This document shows positions 37,603 to 47,837 of a DNA stretch of 64,000 nucleotides, piece by piece. Origin of the DNA: Synergistales bacterium (GTDB lineage: Bacteria; Synergistota; Synergistia; Synergistales; JAFGMB01); contig OY762654.1 in the NCBI GenBank assembly GCA_963666205.1, positions 1,536,001 through 1,600,000 on the forward strand, read 5' to 3'. The notes beneath the pieces are model-generated. The model was not told where the DNA came from, ran no database searches, and saw nothing but the letters and a program-made list of their open reading frames with translations. A program made the position numbers and the translations under genes. Position 1 is the stretch's first letter. Every line of letters begins with the position of its first letter.

Positions 37603-38559
37603 TTAACTGATAAATGTCACCAGCTTGTCAGGGTCAATATTACCTCCCGAAAGGAATAGACAGACCTTTTCCCCGGGCTTGAAGCTTATCTGACCTTCCA
37701 GAGCTGCGGCAAGACCGATAGCAGCAGAAGGTTCGACCAGAACCTTTCCCTTAAAGATGATCTCTTTAAGAGCTTTGGTTATAAATTCATCATTGGCAGT
37801 AACAATTTCATCAACATACTGATCGATAAGGGGATAATTATGCTCCCCGGTCTTCGTTATCATGAGACCATCTGCAAGGGTCGGCCCCATGGGCACTTCT
37901 ACGGCATGACCAGCTTTCCTGCTTTCACTGTAACGGGGTATGCCTTCCGGCTCCACTCCTATGACCCGGACATGGGGATTGGTCGCCTTTAGTGCCAGAG
38001 CAACTCCTGCCAGAAGTCCGCCGCCGCCGAGAGGAACTATAACAGTATCGATATCGGGCTTATCCTGAATGATCTCAAGACCTGAAGTTCCCTGGCCTGC
38101 AATAAGGTCGGGGTCATTATAGGAATGAACAAGGGTATATCCCTTTTCTGCCTGGATCTCATACAGTTTTTTATAGCGCTGAATTGAATCAAAACCATGA
38201 AGTACAACTTCTGCCCCAAGGGCTTTTGTTCCTTCGATCTTTGAAACTGGTGCGTTTTCAGGGAGAACAAGAACCGCCTTTATACCCAGCATTTTCGAGG
38301 CATAGGCAACACCCTGGGCATGATTTCCGGAAGAAGAAGCAATTATACCTTTTGCTTTCTCTTCATCAGTAAGGGAAAGGATCTTGTTCGTAGCTCCCCG
38401 TATCTTGAAAGATCCGGTTATCTGAAGACATTCTGGCTTTAAATAAATTTCGCAGCCAAGAAGATCGTCCAGTTTATCTGCCCTCAGAAGAGGTGTATGT
38501 CTGACCCGCCCTTCAAGCCTTTGGGCAGCTTTTTGAATATCACTGAAAGTTATAGCCAT
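37603..38559 (-). CDS. PLP-dependent threonine/serine dehydratase (no regulatory domain)
   Basis: TGSFKIRGA, SSGNHAQG, GGGGL and SGGN motifs. Confidence 0.93.
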   Translation of the reverse strand: MAITFSDIQKAAQRLEGRVRHTPLLRADKLDDLLGCEIYLKPECLQITGSFKIRGATNKILSLTDEEKAKGIIASSSGNHAQGVAYASKMLGIKAVLVLPENAPVSKIEGTKALGAEVVLHGFDSIQRYKKLYEIQAEKGYTLVHSYNDPDLIAGQGTSGLEIIQDKPDIDTVIVPLGGGGLLAGVALALKATNPHVRVIGVEPEGIPRYSESRKAGHAVEVPMGPTLADGLMITKTGEHNYPLIDQYVDEIVTANDEFITKALKEIIFKGKVLVEPSAAIGLAAALEGQISFKPGEKVCLFLSGGNIDPDKLVTFIS

Positions 38560-38576
38560 GTTATAAAATATCCCCC

Positions 38577-39752
38577 TTAACCGAGTAGTTTGTTCATTGC
38601 CTTCTGGATCCTGTCTGCTGCGGTCTCAAGATTATCCATTGAGGTAGCATAGGAGATCCGGAAGGAATATTTATTGCCTGGTCCAAATGCCAGCCCTGGT
38701 ATCACGGCTACTCCAGCTTCATTAAGAAGGTAGCTGCAGAGTTCTCCGCATTCCATCCCTGAATCTTTTATGTTCGGGAAAAGGTAAAAAGCTCCTCCAG
38801 GGGCAACACATGTCATACCCTTTGTTTCATTTATAGCTTTCAGGATGAATTCTCTTCTTTTTGTGAATTCTTCCACCATTTTCCGGGTCGGTTCCTGGCT
38901 TCCCTTAAGTGCCGCAAGGGCACCCCACTGGACCATGGTCGATGCGTGGGTCACCAGGTACATATGAAGTCTGACCATGATATCAATGAGTTCCATGGGG
39001 GCTGCTATATAACCGATCCTCCAGCCAGTCATGGCGTGGGATTTTGCAAAACCGTTAAGGACAATGGTCCTTTCACGCATACCTGGAAGAGATGCGATGC
39101 TTATACATTCATATCCAGGATAAATTATCCTTTCATATATCTCGTCGGATATAACCAGAAGATCATGTTTTCCTGCAAATTCGGCAACCTTTTCCAGAGT
39201 CTCCCTTGTCTGAATACCTCCTGTCGGATTAGACGGGTCAAGGATCACAAGCATTTTTGTTTTCTCTGATACCTTTGATTCAAGCTCTTTGAGATCTATC
39301 TGAAAATTATTGCTGTCCGAGATCGAATACTGCACAGGAACTGCCTGGTTAAATACTGGTACATGAGTATAGTTGACCCAGGAAGGATCGGGGACAAGAA
39401 CTTCGTCTCCAGGATCAAGAAAGGCCGTGAGGGCTATAAAAACTCCTTCTGCCACTCCCACTGTACAAATGATCTCTTCTGGAGAATAGGCAAGTTTATT
39501 CTCAACTGAAAGTTTCTCACAAATAGCTTCTCTGAGCTCCAATATTCCTTTGTTTGCTGTATAGTGAGTTGCTCCCTTTCTCACGGCATCTTCCATAGCA
39601 GAGATGATATGAGGGGGAGTATCGAAATCCGGCTCACCAAGTCCCAGACTTATGATATCTTTACCCTGGTCCCTTAATTTATTAACCTCCGCAAAAACTT
39701 TTCTTATTCCTGAAACAGGAACCTTTTCCATTTTTTTTGACTGCAGGAACAT
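38577..39752 (-). CDS. Class I/II PLP-dependent aminotransferase
   Basis: GEPDF, SNPTG, SDEIY and FAKSHAMTGWRIG motifs. Confidence 0.95.
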   Translation of the reverse strand: MFLQSKKMEKVPVSGIRKVFAEVNKLRDQGKDIISLGLGEPDFDTPPHIISAMEDAVRKGATHYTANKGILELREAICEKLSVENKLAYSPEEIICTVGVAEGVFIALTAFLDPGDEVLVPDPSWVNYTHVPVFNQAVPVQYSISDSNNFQIDLKELESKVSEKTKMLVILDPSNPTGGIQTRETLEKVAEFAGKHDLLVISDEIYERIIYPGYECISIASLPGMRERTIVLNGFAKSHAMTGWRIGYIAAPMELIDIMVRLHMYLVTHASTMVQWGALAALKGSQEPTRKMVEEFTKRREFILKAINETKGMTCVAPGGAFYLFPNIKDSGMECGELCSYLLNEAGVAVIPGLAFGPGNKYSFRISYATSMDNLETAADRIQKAMNKLLG

Positions 39753-39877
39753 TCAAAAACCACCTCTACTTTAAGGCTAGATCAAAATATTTACTGTACC
39801 TTCATGTCCTTTAATTTCATCTTTGAAACAAGTGGGGACTGGGGTTACCCAGCCCCCCGTAAACTGTAATAACGGTT

Positions 39878-40864
39878 CTATTTAAGGAGACCGACTTCCT
39901 TGAAGTATTTCAATGCACCGGGATGATAAGGGATCATCATGTCTTTCTCGGGTTCAACCAGTCCTGGTCCGAACTGAGAAAGAGCAGCAGCAACTGACCT
40001 GACGGTCTCATCGTTCTCGTAAAGAGCTTTGGTCATCTGGTATGCTAGTTCTTCGGGAAGTTCCTCACGGCAGACGATAAGATCCGCTGGGTCACCGGCG
40101 GTGATAACTTCATAATCCTGGTTGGTGTAAAGGTTTGCGGGAATGGTCCTTCTCTGGATCCACTGGTTGATCTTCTTCAGGTTCTCAAATGCCTCATCAG
40201 AAATGGGAAGCATTACGACCTTTCCGGTCACCATCAGTTCTGCAACCGCCGAAGCTCCGGGAGTAAGACCAAGGATTGCTCCATCTATCAGTCCGTCCGA
40301 CATCATGTCCACTGCCTGGCCGGCTTCGATATACTCAGGTTTAATGTCATCAAAGGTAAGACCATAAGCCTTCAGGATCTCGCGGCTGTCGACAACCCCA
40401 CCTCCGCCCAGTGGTCCTACTGCTATCTTTTTGCCTTTAAAATCAGCTATAGTTTTGATACCACTGCTTTTAAGAGCTGCAACCTGCTTGGCATCGAACA
40501 TGACTCCACCTGTTAGAGAACGAAGCCAGGGCATTTTCTCTTTGTACTTTTCGATCCCATTGAAAGCCCTGTTAGCTTCAACTGCTCTACAGACCGCAAC
40601 TTCAATGTCATTGGTTCTCAGCATATCAATGTTATTCACAGATCCGCCTGAAGCAATAGCAACTGCCTTCATATCCTTTATATTGCCATTCCATATGGTT
40701 GCCATTGCGATACCAAGAGGATAGTTCATTCCACCGACACTTGCGGTTCCTATAGTAATATGCGTAGTTTTTGCCATTGCAGGCAGAGTTCCGAAGGAAA
40801 TACACAGAACCAGTGCTGCCGCTATAAACAAAGAAATTGTTTTCAGTTTTCCCAGTTTAATCAT
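39878..40864 (-). CDS. TAXI-family TRAP substrate-binding protein
   Basis: ITIGTASVGG, SGGSVNN and PYHPGALKYF motifs. Confidence 0.93.
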   Translation of the reverse strand: MIKLGKLKTISLFIAAALVLCISFGTLPAMAKTTHITIGTASVGGMNYPLGIAMATIWNGNIKDMKAVAIASGGSVNNIDMLRTNDIEVAVCRAVEANRAFNGIEKYKEKMPWLRSLTGGVMFDAKQVAALKSSGIKTIADFKGKKIAVGPLGGGGVVDSREILKAYGLTFDDIKPEYIEAGQAVDMMSDGLIDGAILGLTPGASAVAELMVTGKVVMLPISDEAFENLKKINQWIQRRTIPANLYTNQDYEVITAGDPADLIVCREELPEELAYQMTKALYENDETVRSVAAALSQFGPGLVEPEKDMMIPYHPGALKYFKEVGLLK

Positions 40865-41007
40865 TTAGTTCCCCTCCTATATGATATATATTTATGTTAC
40901 CTGTTTCCAGTCGCAGTTATCTGAATATCCTGCTGAAATGAGATCATCACCTCCTCAGGTTCTCCCCTATAAGGTCCCTATCCTGATGTATGGGGACCTT
41001 TATGTAT

Positions 41008-42981
41008 TCATGACATGATGGTACTTAAATTTTTCTTTCTCTTCATGAATGCCACTAGAATGGCTATACCTGCTACTGAAAAACCGATTACATCCGAGCT
41101 TACACCAGGCATCATCAGTGAGAGCGCAGAACCCAGGAATATAATCCTGAGCCAGATGGGAAGGGAAAGGAAAAGAAATCCCTCAATGCCCACCGCAAGA
41201 AGAGCTGTTCCGATAAGACCTGTGGTTGCTGCCCAGGCTATTGCTGCATGGCTATCAGATATGAGAAGTATCTCAGGCGCATATATGAAGAAGAATGGAA
41301 CGATGAATCCCGCCAGTGCCAGGCGGAAAGCGGCCCAGCCAACCTGGTTTGTATCGGCCCCCGCCATACCCGCTCCAACATATGCCGAAAGTGCAACCGG
41401 TGGAGTGACAGTGGAAAGACATGCAAAATAGAAGACGAACATGTGTGCGGGAAGGCCGTCTATTCCCATCTCTCTGAGTATGGGCACAGCTATGGAAGCA
41501 GCAATGATATAACAGGCGCTTGTAGGAAGTCCCATTCCAAGTATTATCGAAACAATCATGCTGAGGAAAAGTGTAATGAGCATGCTTCCATGGGAAAGGG
41601 CTACGATGTTATCAGCCAGCACGATACCTATTCCGGTCATGGAAAGGACCCCTACGACAAAACCGGCATTAGCCATGGCTACACTTAAACTGACACAGGA
41701 TCTGGCGGATGCAACGGACAGATCGACCAGTTCTTTTACACCCATTCTGGTCTCTTTCCTTAACAGGGACAGTATCCAGGTAAAGACACAGCAGTAAAAG
41801 GCCGCATAGATAGGAGTAAATCCCTCAAACAGAAGGAAGACCAGTACAAAAATGGGAATAAGCATATGACCGTAGGATTTAAGAGCCTGTTTCACACTAG
41901 GCATTTCTTCCCTGCAGAGACCCTTGAGCCCGATCTTTCTAGCCCTCAGGTCTATCTGGAAATATACGGCCGCAAAGTAAAGGATGGCTGGAATAAGCGC
42001 CGCTGCAGCAATAGTGAGATAGGATATGCCCAGGAATTCTGCCATTATGAATGCGCCTGTACCCATGATGGGAGGCATTATCTGCCCACCCGTAGATGCA
42101 GCCGCCTCGATTGCTCCGGCAAAATAGGGTTTATATCCCACCCTTTTCATCAGGGGGATTGTGAATGCCCCGGAAGTGGCAACGTTGGTAGCGGAACTTC
42201 CATTGATCATACCTACCAGGGCACTTGCAAATACTGCCACTTTTGCAGGACCTCCAACCATTCTTCCTCCTATGGCCATGGCGAGATCGTTAAAGAGAGA
42301 ACCCAGCCCGCTCTTCCCAAGCAGATTCGAAAAGACTATGAAGAGGACCAGGTAGGTTGATGCAATTCCTATGGGCAATCCGAAAATACCCTGGGTGGTC
42401 AGGTACATCTGGTATATGAGCCTGTGAACTGAATATCCCCTGTGAGAAAGGACTCCGGGTATGTAAGGCCCAAGATATGCATAGAGAAGAAATGTGACGG
42501 CAAGGATGAGCAGACCAGGACCTGATACCCGTCTGCATGCTTCCAGGACAAGGATTATATACATGCCCCCGAAAATAAAATCTGTGGGGACTGCCCTGCC
42601 TGCCCGGAGTGCCAGTGAATCAATGTTGAAATAGGTAAATATTGTAAGGACAACTGTCAGGGCAATAAGTCCCATATCAAGATAACTGGGACGGCTTTTT
42701 ATACTTTTACGTTTTGCAGGATAATATATCCAGACCAGGCAGAGAATAAAGCCCAGATGGATAGCCCTGTGCTGAAAAGCCGGCGGCATTCCGAACCTTG
42801 AAGTAATGAGGTGATAAGCTATAAAGATACACGACAATACGACGACGGCTGTTTTCCAGAAGCCACCCATCTTGTTACGAAATCGTGATTCCCTGTCAAC
42901 TTTTCTTAGTACTTCCTCACCATCAATTACCTCTTTCTCATCTACCGATATAAATGAATCTTCCGGAATTTTTTTCCCCAC
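41008..42981 (-). CDS. Fused TRAP permease (4TM/12TM, TAXI type)
   Basis: GGPAKVAV, EAAASTGGQIMPP and TPPVAL motifs. Confidence 0.95.
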   Translation of the reverse strand: MGKKIPEDSFISVDEKEVIDGEEVLRKVDRESRFRNKMGGFWKTAVVVLSCIFIAYHLITSRFGMPPAFQHRAIHLGFILCLVWIYYPAKRKSIKSRPSYLDMGLIALTVVLTIFTYFNIDSLALRAGRAVPTDFIFGGMYIILVLEACRRVSGPGLLILAVTFLLYAYLGPYIPGVLSHRGYSVHRLIYQMYLTTQGIFGLPIGIASTYLVLFIVFSNLLGKSGLGSLFNDLAMAIGGRMVGGPAKVAVFASALVGMINGSSATNVATSGAFTIPLMKRVGYKPYFAGAIEAAASTGGQIMPPIMGTGAFIMAEFLGISYLTIAAAALIPAILYFAAVYFQIDLRARKIGLKGLCREEMPSVKQALKSYGHMLIPIFVLVFLLFEGFTPIYAAFYCCVFTWILSLLRKETRMGVKELVDLSVASARSCVSLSVAMANAGFVVGVLSMTGIGIVLADNIVALSHGSMLITLFLSMIVSIILGMGLPTSACYIIAASIAVPILREMGIDGLPAHMFVFYFACLSTVTPPVALSAYVGAGMAGADTNQVGWAAFRLALAGFIVPFFFIYAPEILLISDSHAAIAWAATTGLIGTALLAVGIEGFLFLSLPIWLRIIFLGSALSLMMPGVSSDVIGFSVAGIAILVAFMKRKKNLSTIMS

Positions 42982-43002
42982 AATACCTTTCCCCCTACTG
43001 CT

Positions 43003-44217
43003 TTAATGATCAGATCTGTATACTGAAAGAATTTCAATAAATTCTTCAACTGAAAGAAGGCCTCTTTTTGCTGCTCCCCTGGCTTTAACTTCCTGTACTA
43101 CTTTGTTGATGGTATCGTCACCCAGATCAGTTATTCCCAGACTGGAAAGCATATATTCCACTGAGGCCTTACCACTCTTCTTCCCAAGAACAATTTCCCC
43201 TGTTCTTCCGGTAAGTGCCGGGGCTACTGCGAACATGGCAAGAGGTTTTTTCATAACCAGATCTACACCTATTCCTGACTCGCGGGTGTAGTTCCTTTCA
43301 CCTGTTACAGGTTTATTACGGGCAATACTGATACCCGATATTTCTTCCACAGCCCTGCAGAGAGGAAGGATCCTGTCAAAACGATAGTCTGTATCCATTC
43401 CCAGAAGGATCTGTAACCCCATTATCAATTCCTCCAGGGCTGCATTTCCCGTTCTTTCTCCAAGGCCGTTAACACAGCTGTGGACAACCTCGGCACCGGC
43501 TGCAACTCCTGCAAGCTCAGTGGCTACTGCCATCCCAAAATCATTATGGGTATGTACTTCAACAGGAAGTCCCGTCAGGGCTTTAGCTTTTCTGACAAGA
43601 TATTTGATGGTCTCTGGAAGAGCACACCCCATGGTATCCACTATTCCTACCGAATCCGGTGATGAATCCTTCACAATCCCTGTAAACAGATTTGTAAGAT
43701 CATCATTTCTTGCCCGAGTCGTGTCATAGGGGAAATAAACCACATAAAGTCCCTTTTCCTTTGCATAATTAATGCAGCTTACGCTTTTTCGGAGAACGTC
43801 TTCCCAGGTCCATCCGAACTGGAACTTAAGCTTGGGATAACCGATGGGGATTTCTATGATCACCCCTGTACATCCGCATTCAAGGGCCTTGTCTATATCC
43901 ACAGGAAGAGCACGGGCAAAGGAAAATATCTCGGCTTTAAGCCCAAGTCCTGCGATCTCCTTTATGGCCTGAAAATCTTCTTCCGATACGGCTGGCATAC
44001 CGCCTTCAATACGGTCGACTCCCACTTCATCCAGCAAACGGGCGATCCTGACCTTGTCCTCCTTCCGAAATACAACTCCGGGAGTCTGCTCTCCATCACG
44101 GAGGGTTGCATCATGGATCTTGACCTTTTTCGGCAGTTCGAACTGTTCAAGTACTTTTTCTTCGAAATTGTAGGGACTGATGCTCCATTTATCTTCCTGG
44201 AAATATTTTTCTCTCAT
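43003..44217 (-). CDS. DRE-TIM metallolyase (LeuA/homocitrate/citramalate synthase-like, no regulatory domain)
   Basis: DATLRDGEQTPG, HTHND and GLGERTGNA motifs. Confidence 0.9.
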   Translation of the reverse strand: MREKYFQEDKWSISPYNFEEKVLEQFELPKKVKIHDATLRDGEQTPGVVFRKEDKVRIARLLDEVGVDRIEGGMPAVSEEDFQAIKEIAGLGLKAEIFSFARALPVDIDKALECGCTGVIIEIPIGYPKLKFQFGWTWEDVLRKSVSCINYAKEKGLYVVYFPYDTTRARNDDLTNLFTGIVKDSSPDSVGIVDTMGCALPETIKYLVRKAKALTGLPVEVHTHNDFGMAVATELAGVAAGAEVVHSCVNGLGERTGNAALEELIMGLQILLGMDTDYRFDRILPLCRAVEEISGISIARNKPVTGERNYTRESGIGVDLVMKKPLAMFAVAPALTGRTGEIVLGKKSGKASVEYMLSSLGITDLGDDTINKVVQEVKARGAAKRGLLSVEEFIEILSVYRSDH

Positions 44218-44244
44218 AGAGCCTTCACCTTTCCTTTAGAACCC

Positions 44245-44448
44245 TTACTCTTCATCCACAACAATAGCCAGGTCCGGACAGGATCTTTCGCAAAGTCTGC
44301 ACTTTATACAGTCTTCCTGCCTTGCAGGAGCCATAACGTTGAAGCCTTTTTTATTCACTTCATCGGATATTTCGAATACTTTTTTAGGGCAGAGATTCTT
44401 GCAGAGACCGCAGCCCTTGCACAATTCCTTATGCACATGTACTGCCAT
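44245..44448 (-). CDS. 2x[4Fe-4S] ferredoxin (2-oxoacid oxidoreductase delta subunit)
   Basis: CKGCGLCKNLCP and CIKCRLCERSCPD motifs; start at ATG 44448 after GAGGTGA. Confidence 0.92.
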   Translation of the reverse strand: MAVHVHKELCKGCGLCKNLCPKKVFEISDEVNKKGFNVMAPARQEDCIKCRLCERSCPDLAIVVDEE

Positions 44449-45322
44449 GGCAGTCACCTCTTATCTGTCTGATTATCTCGACTATTTCCTGGGGAGTCCT
44501 TGCTACGCGGGCCCCTGCCTCTTTGAGTCTCGAGATCTTTGACTGGGCGGTACCTTTGTTGCCCTGGACTATGGCTCCGGCATGACCAAGGGATTTCCCC
44601 TCTGGCGCTGCCCTTCCCACTATCATGGAGACAACGGGTTTGGTCACATGCTCCGCAATGAAATCGGCGGCGTCTTCTTCCATAGTGCCTCCTATCTCTC
44701 CCAGAAGTATTATTACCTCCGTCTGGGGGTCATCCTGGTAGAGTTTTATGGCATCCCTCTGGGTCATCCCCCAGAGAGGTCCTCCTCCGAGAGCTATTAC
44801 GGTGGACTGACCTATTCCCGCTTCTGTAAGGCTTTTACCCACTTCATAGGAAAGGGCTCCGCTTTTGGATACGATGCTCACATTTCCTTCCCTGTACATC
44901 ATGGGAGGATGGGCTCCAAGCTTGCATTTGCCAGGTGCTATCATGCCCGCCGTTCCCGGTCCGAGTATGCGGGTCCCTTTCGCTTCCGCATAGGTGAGGA
45001 TCTCTATCACATCATGGGCGGGTATCTCCTCCATGGTCAGGACGAGGAACTTTATTCCGCTGTCAATGACTTCAAAGGATGAATCCTTCACAAACCGTGC
45101 AGGGACAAAGCTTATGGCCGCATCTATACGGTGTTCTGCTGCTGCTTCCCTGACAAGGTCGTAGACGGGTATTCCGTCCAGTTTCTGTCCTCCCTTGCCG
45201 GGAGTCACTCCCGCTACTATCCTGGTTCCGTATTCTTTCATGACCCTGGTCTGGAGGGCTCCCGATTTTCCGGTTATTCCAAGGACCAGTACGTTGGTGT
45301 TCTCATTTATAAGTGCTGACAC
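44429..45322 (-). CDS. sucD: Succinyl-CoA synthetase-like ligase, alpha subunit
   Basis: AGVTPGKGG, SKSGAL, GEIGG and GHAGA (phospho-His) motifs; substrate may not be succinate. Confidence 0.88.
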   Translation of the reverse strand: MSALINENTNVLVLGITGKSGALQTRVMKEYGTRIVAGVTPGKGGQKLDGIPVYDLVREAAAEHRIDAAISFVPARFVKDSSFEVIDSGIKFLVLTMEEIPAHDVIEILTYAEAKGTRILGPGTAGMIAPGKCKLGAHPPMMYREGNVSIVSKSGALSYEVGKSLTEAGIGQSTVIALGGGPLWGMTQRDAIKLYQDDPQTEVIILLGEIGGTMEEDAADFIAEHVTKPVVSMIVGRAAPEGKSLGHAGAIVQGNKGTAQSKISRLKEAGARVARTPQEIVEIIRQIRGDCHGSTCA

Positions 45323-45324
45323 GG

Positions 45325-46452
45325 TTATTCCCTCCCTGCCATCTCGACGGATGTCTTTACTGCCTCAAGAAGGTCACGGCATATAGGAAGGCCTGCCGCC
45401 TTCATTATCTTTTCCCCTTCTTTTTCAAGGGTTCCGCACATCCTTACGGCAAGAGGAAGCTCAAGTCCCTTCTCATCACGGTAACGGACTATACCTTCTG
45501 CCATTTCGTCCATGCGGTTGAATCCTCCGATAAGGACAACCAGAAGACTCTTTACTTTCGGATCTTCCAGTACCCTCTCCAGAGCGCTGTACATTATCTC
45601 GGGACTGGTCAGCCCTCCCATTTCACAGAAACAGGCGGCTTCCCCTCCTGCATCCCTTATGAGATCCAGGGTGAGCATGCCCGTTCCGGCACCGTCAGAG
45701 ATGAGTCCCACTGAGCCGCTGTCAAGGGGTACGTAGGTTATGGTGTCGTCGCTATCCTCCTCGAAGTTGTCTCCCATGAGAGCCCGGTTCTCTTCGGTGA
45801 GGTTTTCATAGAGTCCCTTCTGCCTTGCCTTTGCCTTGTCATCCAGTACTACCTTGGCATCAAGGGCAAGGAGTCCCGACGGGGTTTCTACAAGGGGGTT
45901 TATCTCCACCAGTGAGGCATCTTTTTCTACAAATACTTCGTAAAGGTCATTGACGATCTTTCCGAGTTCCTTAACATCACTGTAACCCAGTTTTTTGGCC
46001 ATGTATCTTACCTGGTATGTAGTTATGCCCACAAAGGGATCAACAAAGAAGGTATATATCTGGTCAGGATCTTCATCGGCCACTTTTTCTATTTCCACTC
46101 CCCCTGCGGGGCTGAACATTACCATGGCACTCTTGCTGCCGGGAGGTATGGTGATGGATAGATAAAACTCCCGCTGTATTTCGGCAAGACCTTCTGCAAG
46201 AACAGCAACAACGGGGTGATCCTTGATGGTCATCCCGAGAATGTGCTTTATCGCTTCAAGTCCTTCTTCGCTGTTTTTGCAGAACCTGACCCCACCGGCC
46301 TTGCCTCTTCCTCCTGAGTAGACCTGGGCTTTTAGTACTGCCGGATATTCAATTTCCTCTATATCCGCTTCCGATGTCAGGACTTTTCCGGCGGGGACCG
46401 GAATTCCCTTTTCTCTAAAAAGTTTTTTCCCCTGAAATTCAAACAGATTCAT
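45325..46452 (-). CDS. sucC: Succinyl-CoA synthetase-like ligase, beta subunit
   Basis: KAQVYSGGRGKAGG, EINPL, LDAK and DGAG motifs. Confidence 0.88.
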   Translation of the reverse strand: MNLFEFQGKKLFREKGIPVPAGKVLTSEADIEEIEYPAVLKAQVYSGGRGKAGGVRFCKNSEEGLEAIKHILGMTIKDHPVVAVLAEGLAEIQREFYLSITIPPGSKSAMVMFSPAGGVEIEKVADEDPDQIYTFFVDPFVGITTYQVRYMAKKLGYSDVKELGKIVNDLYEVFVEKDASLVEINPLVETPSGLLALDAKVVLDDKAKARQKGLYENLTEENRALMGDNFEEDSDDTITYVPLDSGSVGLISDGAGTGMLTLDLIRDAGGEAACFCEMGGLTSPEIMYSALERVLEDPKVKSLLVVLIGGFNRMDEMAEGIVRYRDEKGLELPLAVRMCGTLEKEGEKIMKAAGLPICRDLLEAVKTSVEMAGRE

Positions 46453-46455
46453 TGA

Positions 46456-47016
46456 TCATCCCTCTATATCCACAGATACTTCACCGGCCAGTTCTATGCC
46501 TGCATCTATGGCCTTCGTGTTCAGCTCATGGAACTTCTCCGGCAGCAGTTCCTTCATTGTGGAGACAAGGTCGTCCCTGCTGACAAATTGGGTAGCTCCC
46601 TGGAAGTAGCCCAGGACCACCATGTTGGCGCATATGCGGTTTCCCAGTTTTATGGCTGTTTCCGTGGCCGGAACCTCAAGTACCTTGGCCTTCGTTCCGT
46701 GAAGGTCATTCACCATATCGGGATCCACTATCAGGGTGCCTTCTTCCTTAAGGTAGGGAAGATAGCTGTCAAGGGCCGTCTGGAACATGGCGACCAGGAT
46801 ATCCTTCTTCTGGGTGGCCGGAGACATTATGGGTTTCTCGGAAATAATAAGCTCAGACTGGCACTGGCCTCCTCTTGCTTCAGAACCGTAGGACTGGGTC
46901 TGGACTGCATAGAGGTTTCTTTTCGTTACTGCGGCCGTGCCAAGGATGACTGCCGAAAGGACTATTCCCTGTCCTCCAAATCCGCAGAATCTTACGCTCA
47001 ACGGCTTCATTCGCAA
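46456..47016 (-). CDS. 2-oxoacid:ferredoxin oxidoreductase gamma subunit
   Basis: GFGGQG and YGSEARGG motifs. Confidence 0.93.
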   Translation of the reverse strand: MRMKPLSVRFCGFGGQGIVLSAVILGTAAVTKRNLYAVQTQSYGSEARGGQCQSELIISEKPIMSPATQKKDILVAMFQTALDSYLPYLKEEGTLIVDPDMVNDLHGTKAKVLEVPATETAIKLGNRICANMVVLGYFQGATQFVSRDDLVSTMKELLPEKFHELNTKAIDAGIELAGEVSVDIEG

Positions 47017-47837
47017 TTCTCCTTTTCGTAAACCGAACTTCCAGCGAAGACCGGTTTTTTCTCGTTAACAAACTCGCCGGTCACAAATCTTTCGTCTCTC
47101 TCCTCTTCGCTGAGCTCAGCGGCTTTTCTGTCTGATATGGAATTTTCCTCTATCCATTTCATAAGGAAGGCTGGGTTGCCCGTTCCCATGGCATATCTGC
47201 CGAAGTGGGTGGGACACTGGGAGAGGATCTCTATTACTCCAAACCCTTCATGCTGAAGACCCTTTTTGATGAATCTGATCATTTCCATGGGACGGGCGGT
47301 TATGGTGCGGCTCACATAGGTCGCTCCTGCCGCTTCCGCTACCTTGCAGAGATCAAAGGGGGGTTCTCCGCTTCCATAGGGGGTGGTCATTGTAACTGCT
47401 GCTTTAGGGGTCATGGGCGCTACCTGGCCGCCCGTCATGGCAAAATTAAAGTTGTTAACCACTATCATGAGGACGTCCAGGTTCCGTCTGGCTGCCTGGA
47501 TAAAATGTCCTCCACCAATAGCTGCCGCATCTCCGTCTCCGGCAAATACGACTACCTTCGTTTCCGGCTTGTGCAGCTTGATACCAGTAGCCCACGGAAG
47601 GGTCCTGCCGTGTACTCCATGAAGGGTATCTGTCTTCATATATACGGGGATCCGGGCTGTACATCCTACTCCTGCCACGGTCACCATCTTCTCAAGATCC
47701 AGCCCGAGGTCATCCACTGACTTGAGAAATGCGTTAAGCACCTGGCCACAGCCGCAGCCGGGACAGAAGAAATGGGATCCTTCGGGCTCCCTGAAATATT
47801 TCTTCCTCAGTTCGTTTACAGGCTGGCTCATTTCCAT
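47007..47837 (-). CDS. 2-oxoacid:ferredoxin oxidoreductase beta subunit
   Basis: CPGCG, GVGC, HGR, GDGD...NN (TPP-binding) and MTGGQ motifs. Confidence 0.95.
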   Translation of the reverse strand: MEMSQPVNELRKKYFREPEGSHFFCPGCGCGQVLNAFLKSVDDLGLDLEKMVTVAGVGCTARIPVYMKTDTLHGVHGRTLPWATGIKLHKPETKVVVFAGDGDAAAIGGGHFIQAARRNLDVLMIVVNNFNFAMTGGQVAPMTPKAAVTMTTPYGSGEPPFDLCKVAEAAGATYVSRTITARPMEMIRFIKKGLQHEGFGVIEILSQCPTHFGRYAMGTGNPAFLMKWIEENSISDRKAAELSEEERDERFVTGEFVNEKKPVFAGSSVYEKENCE

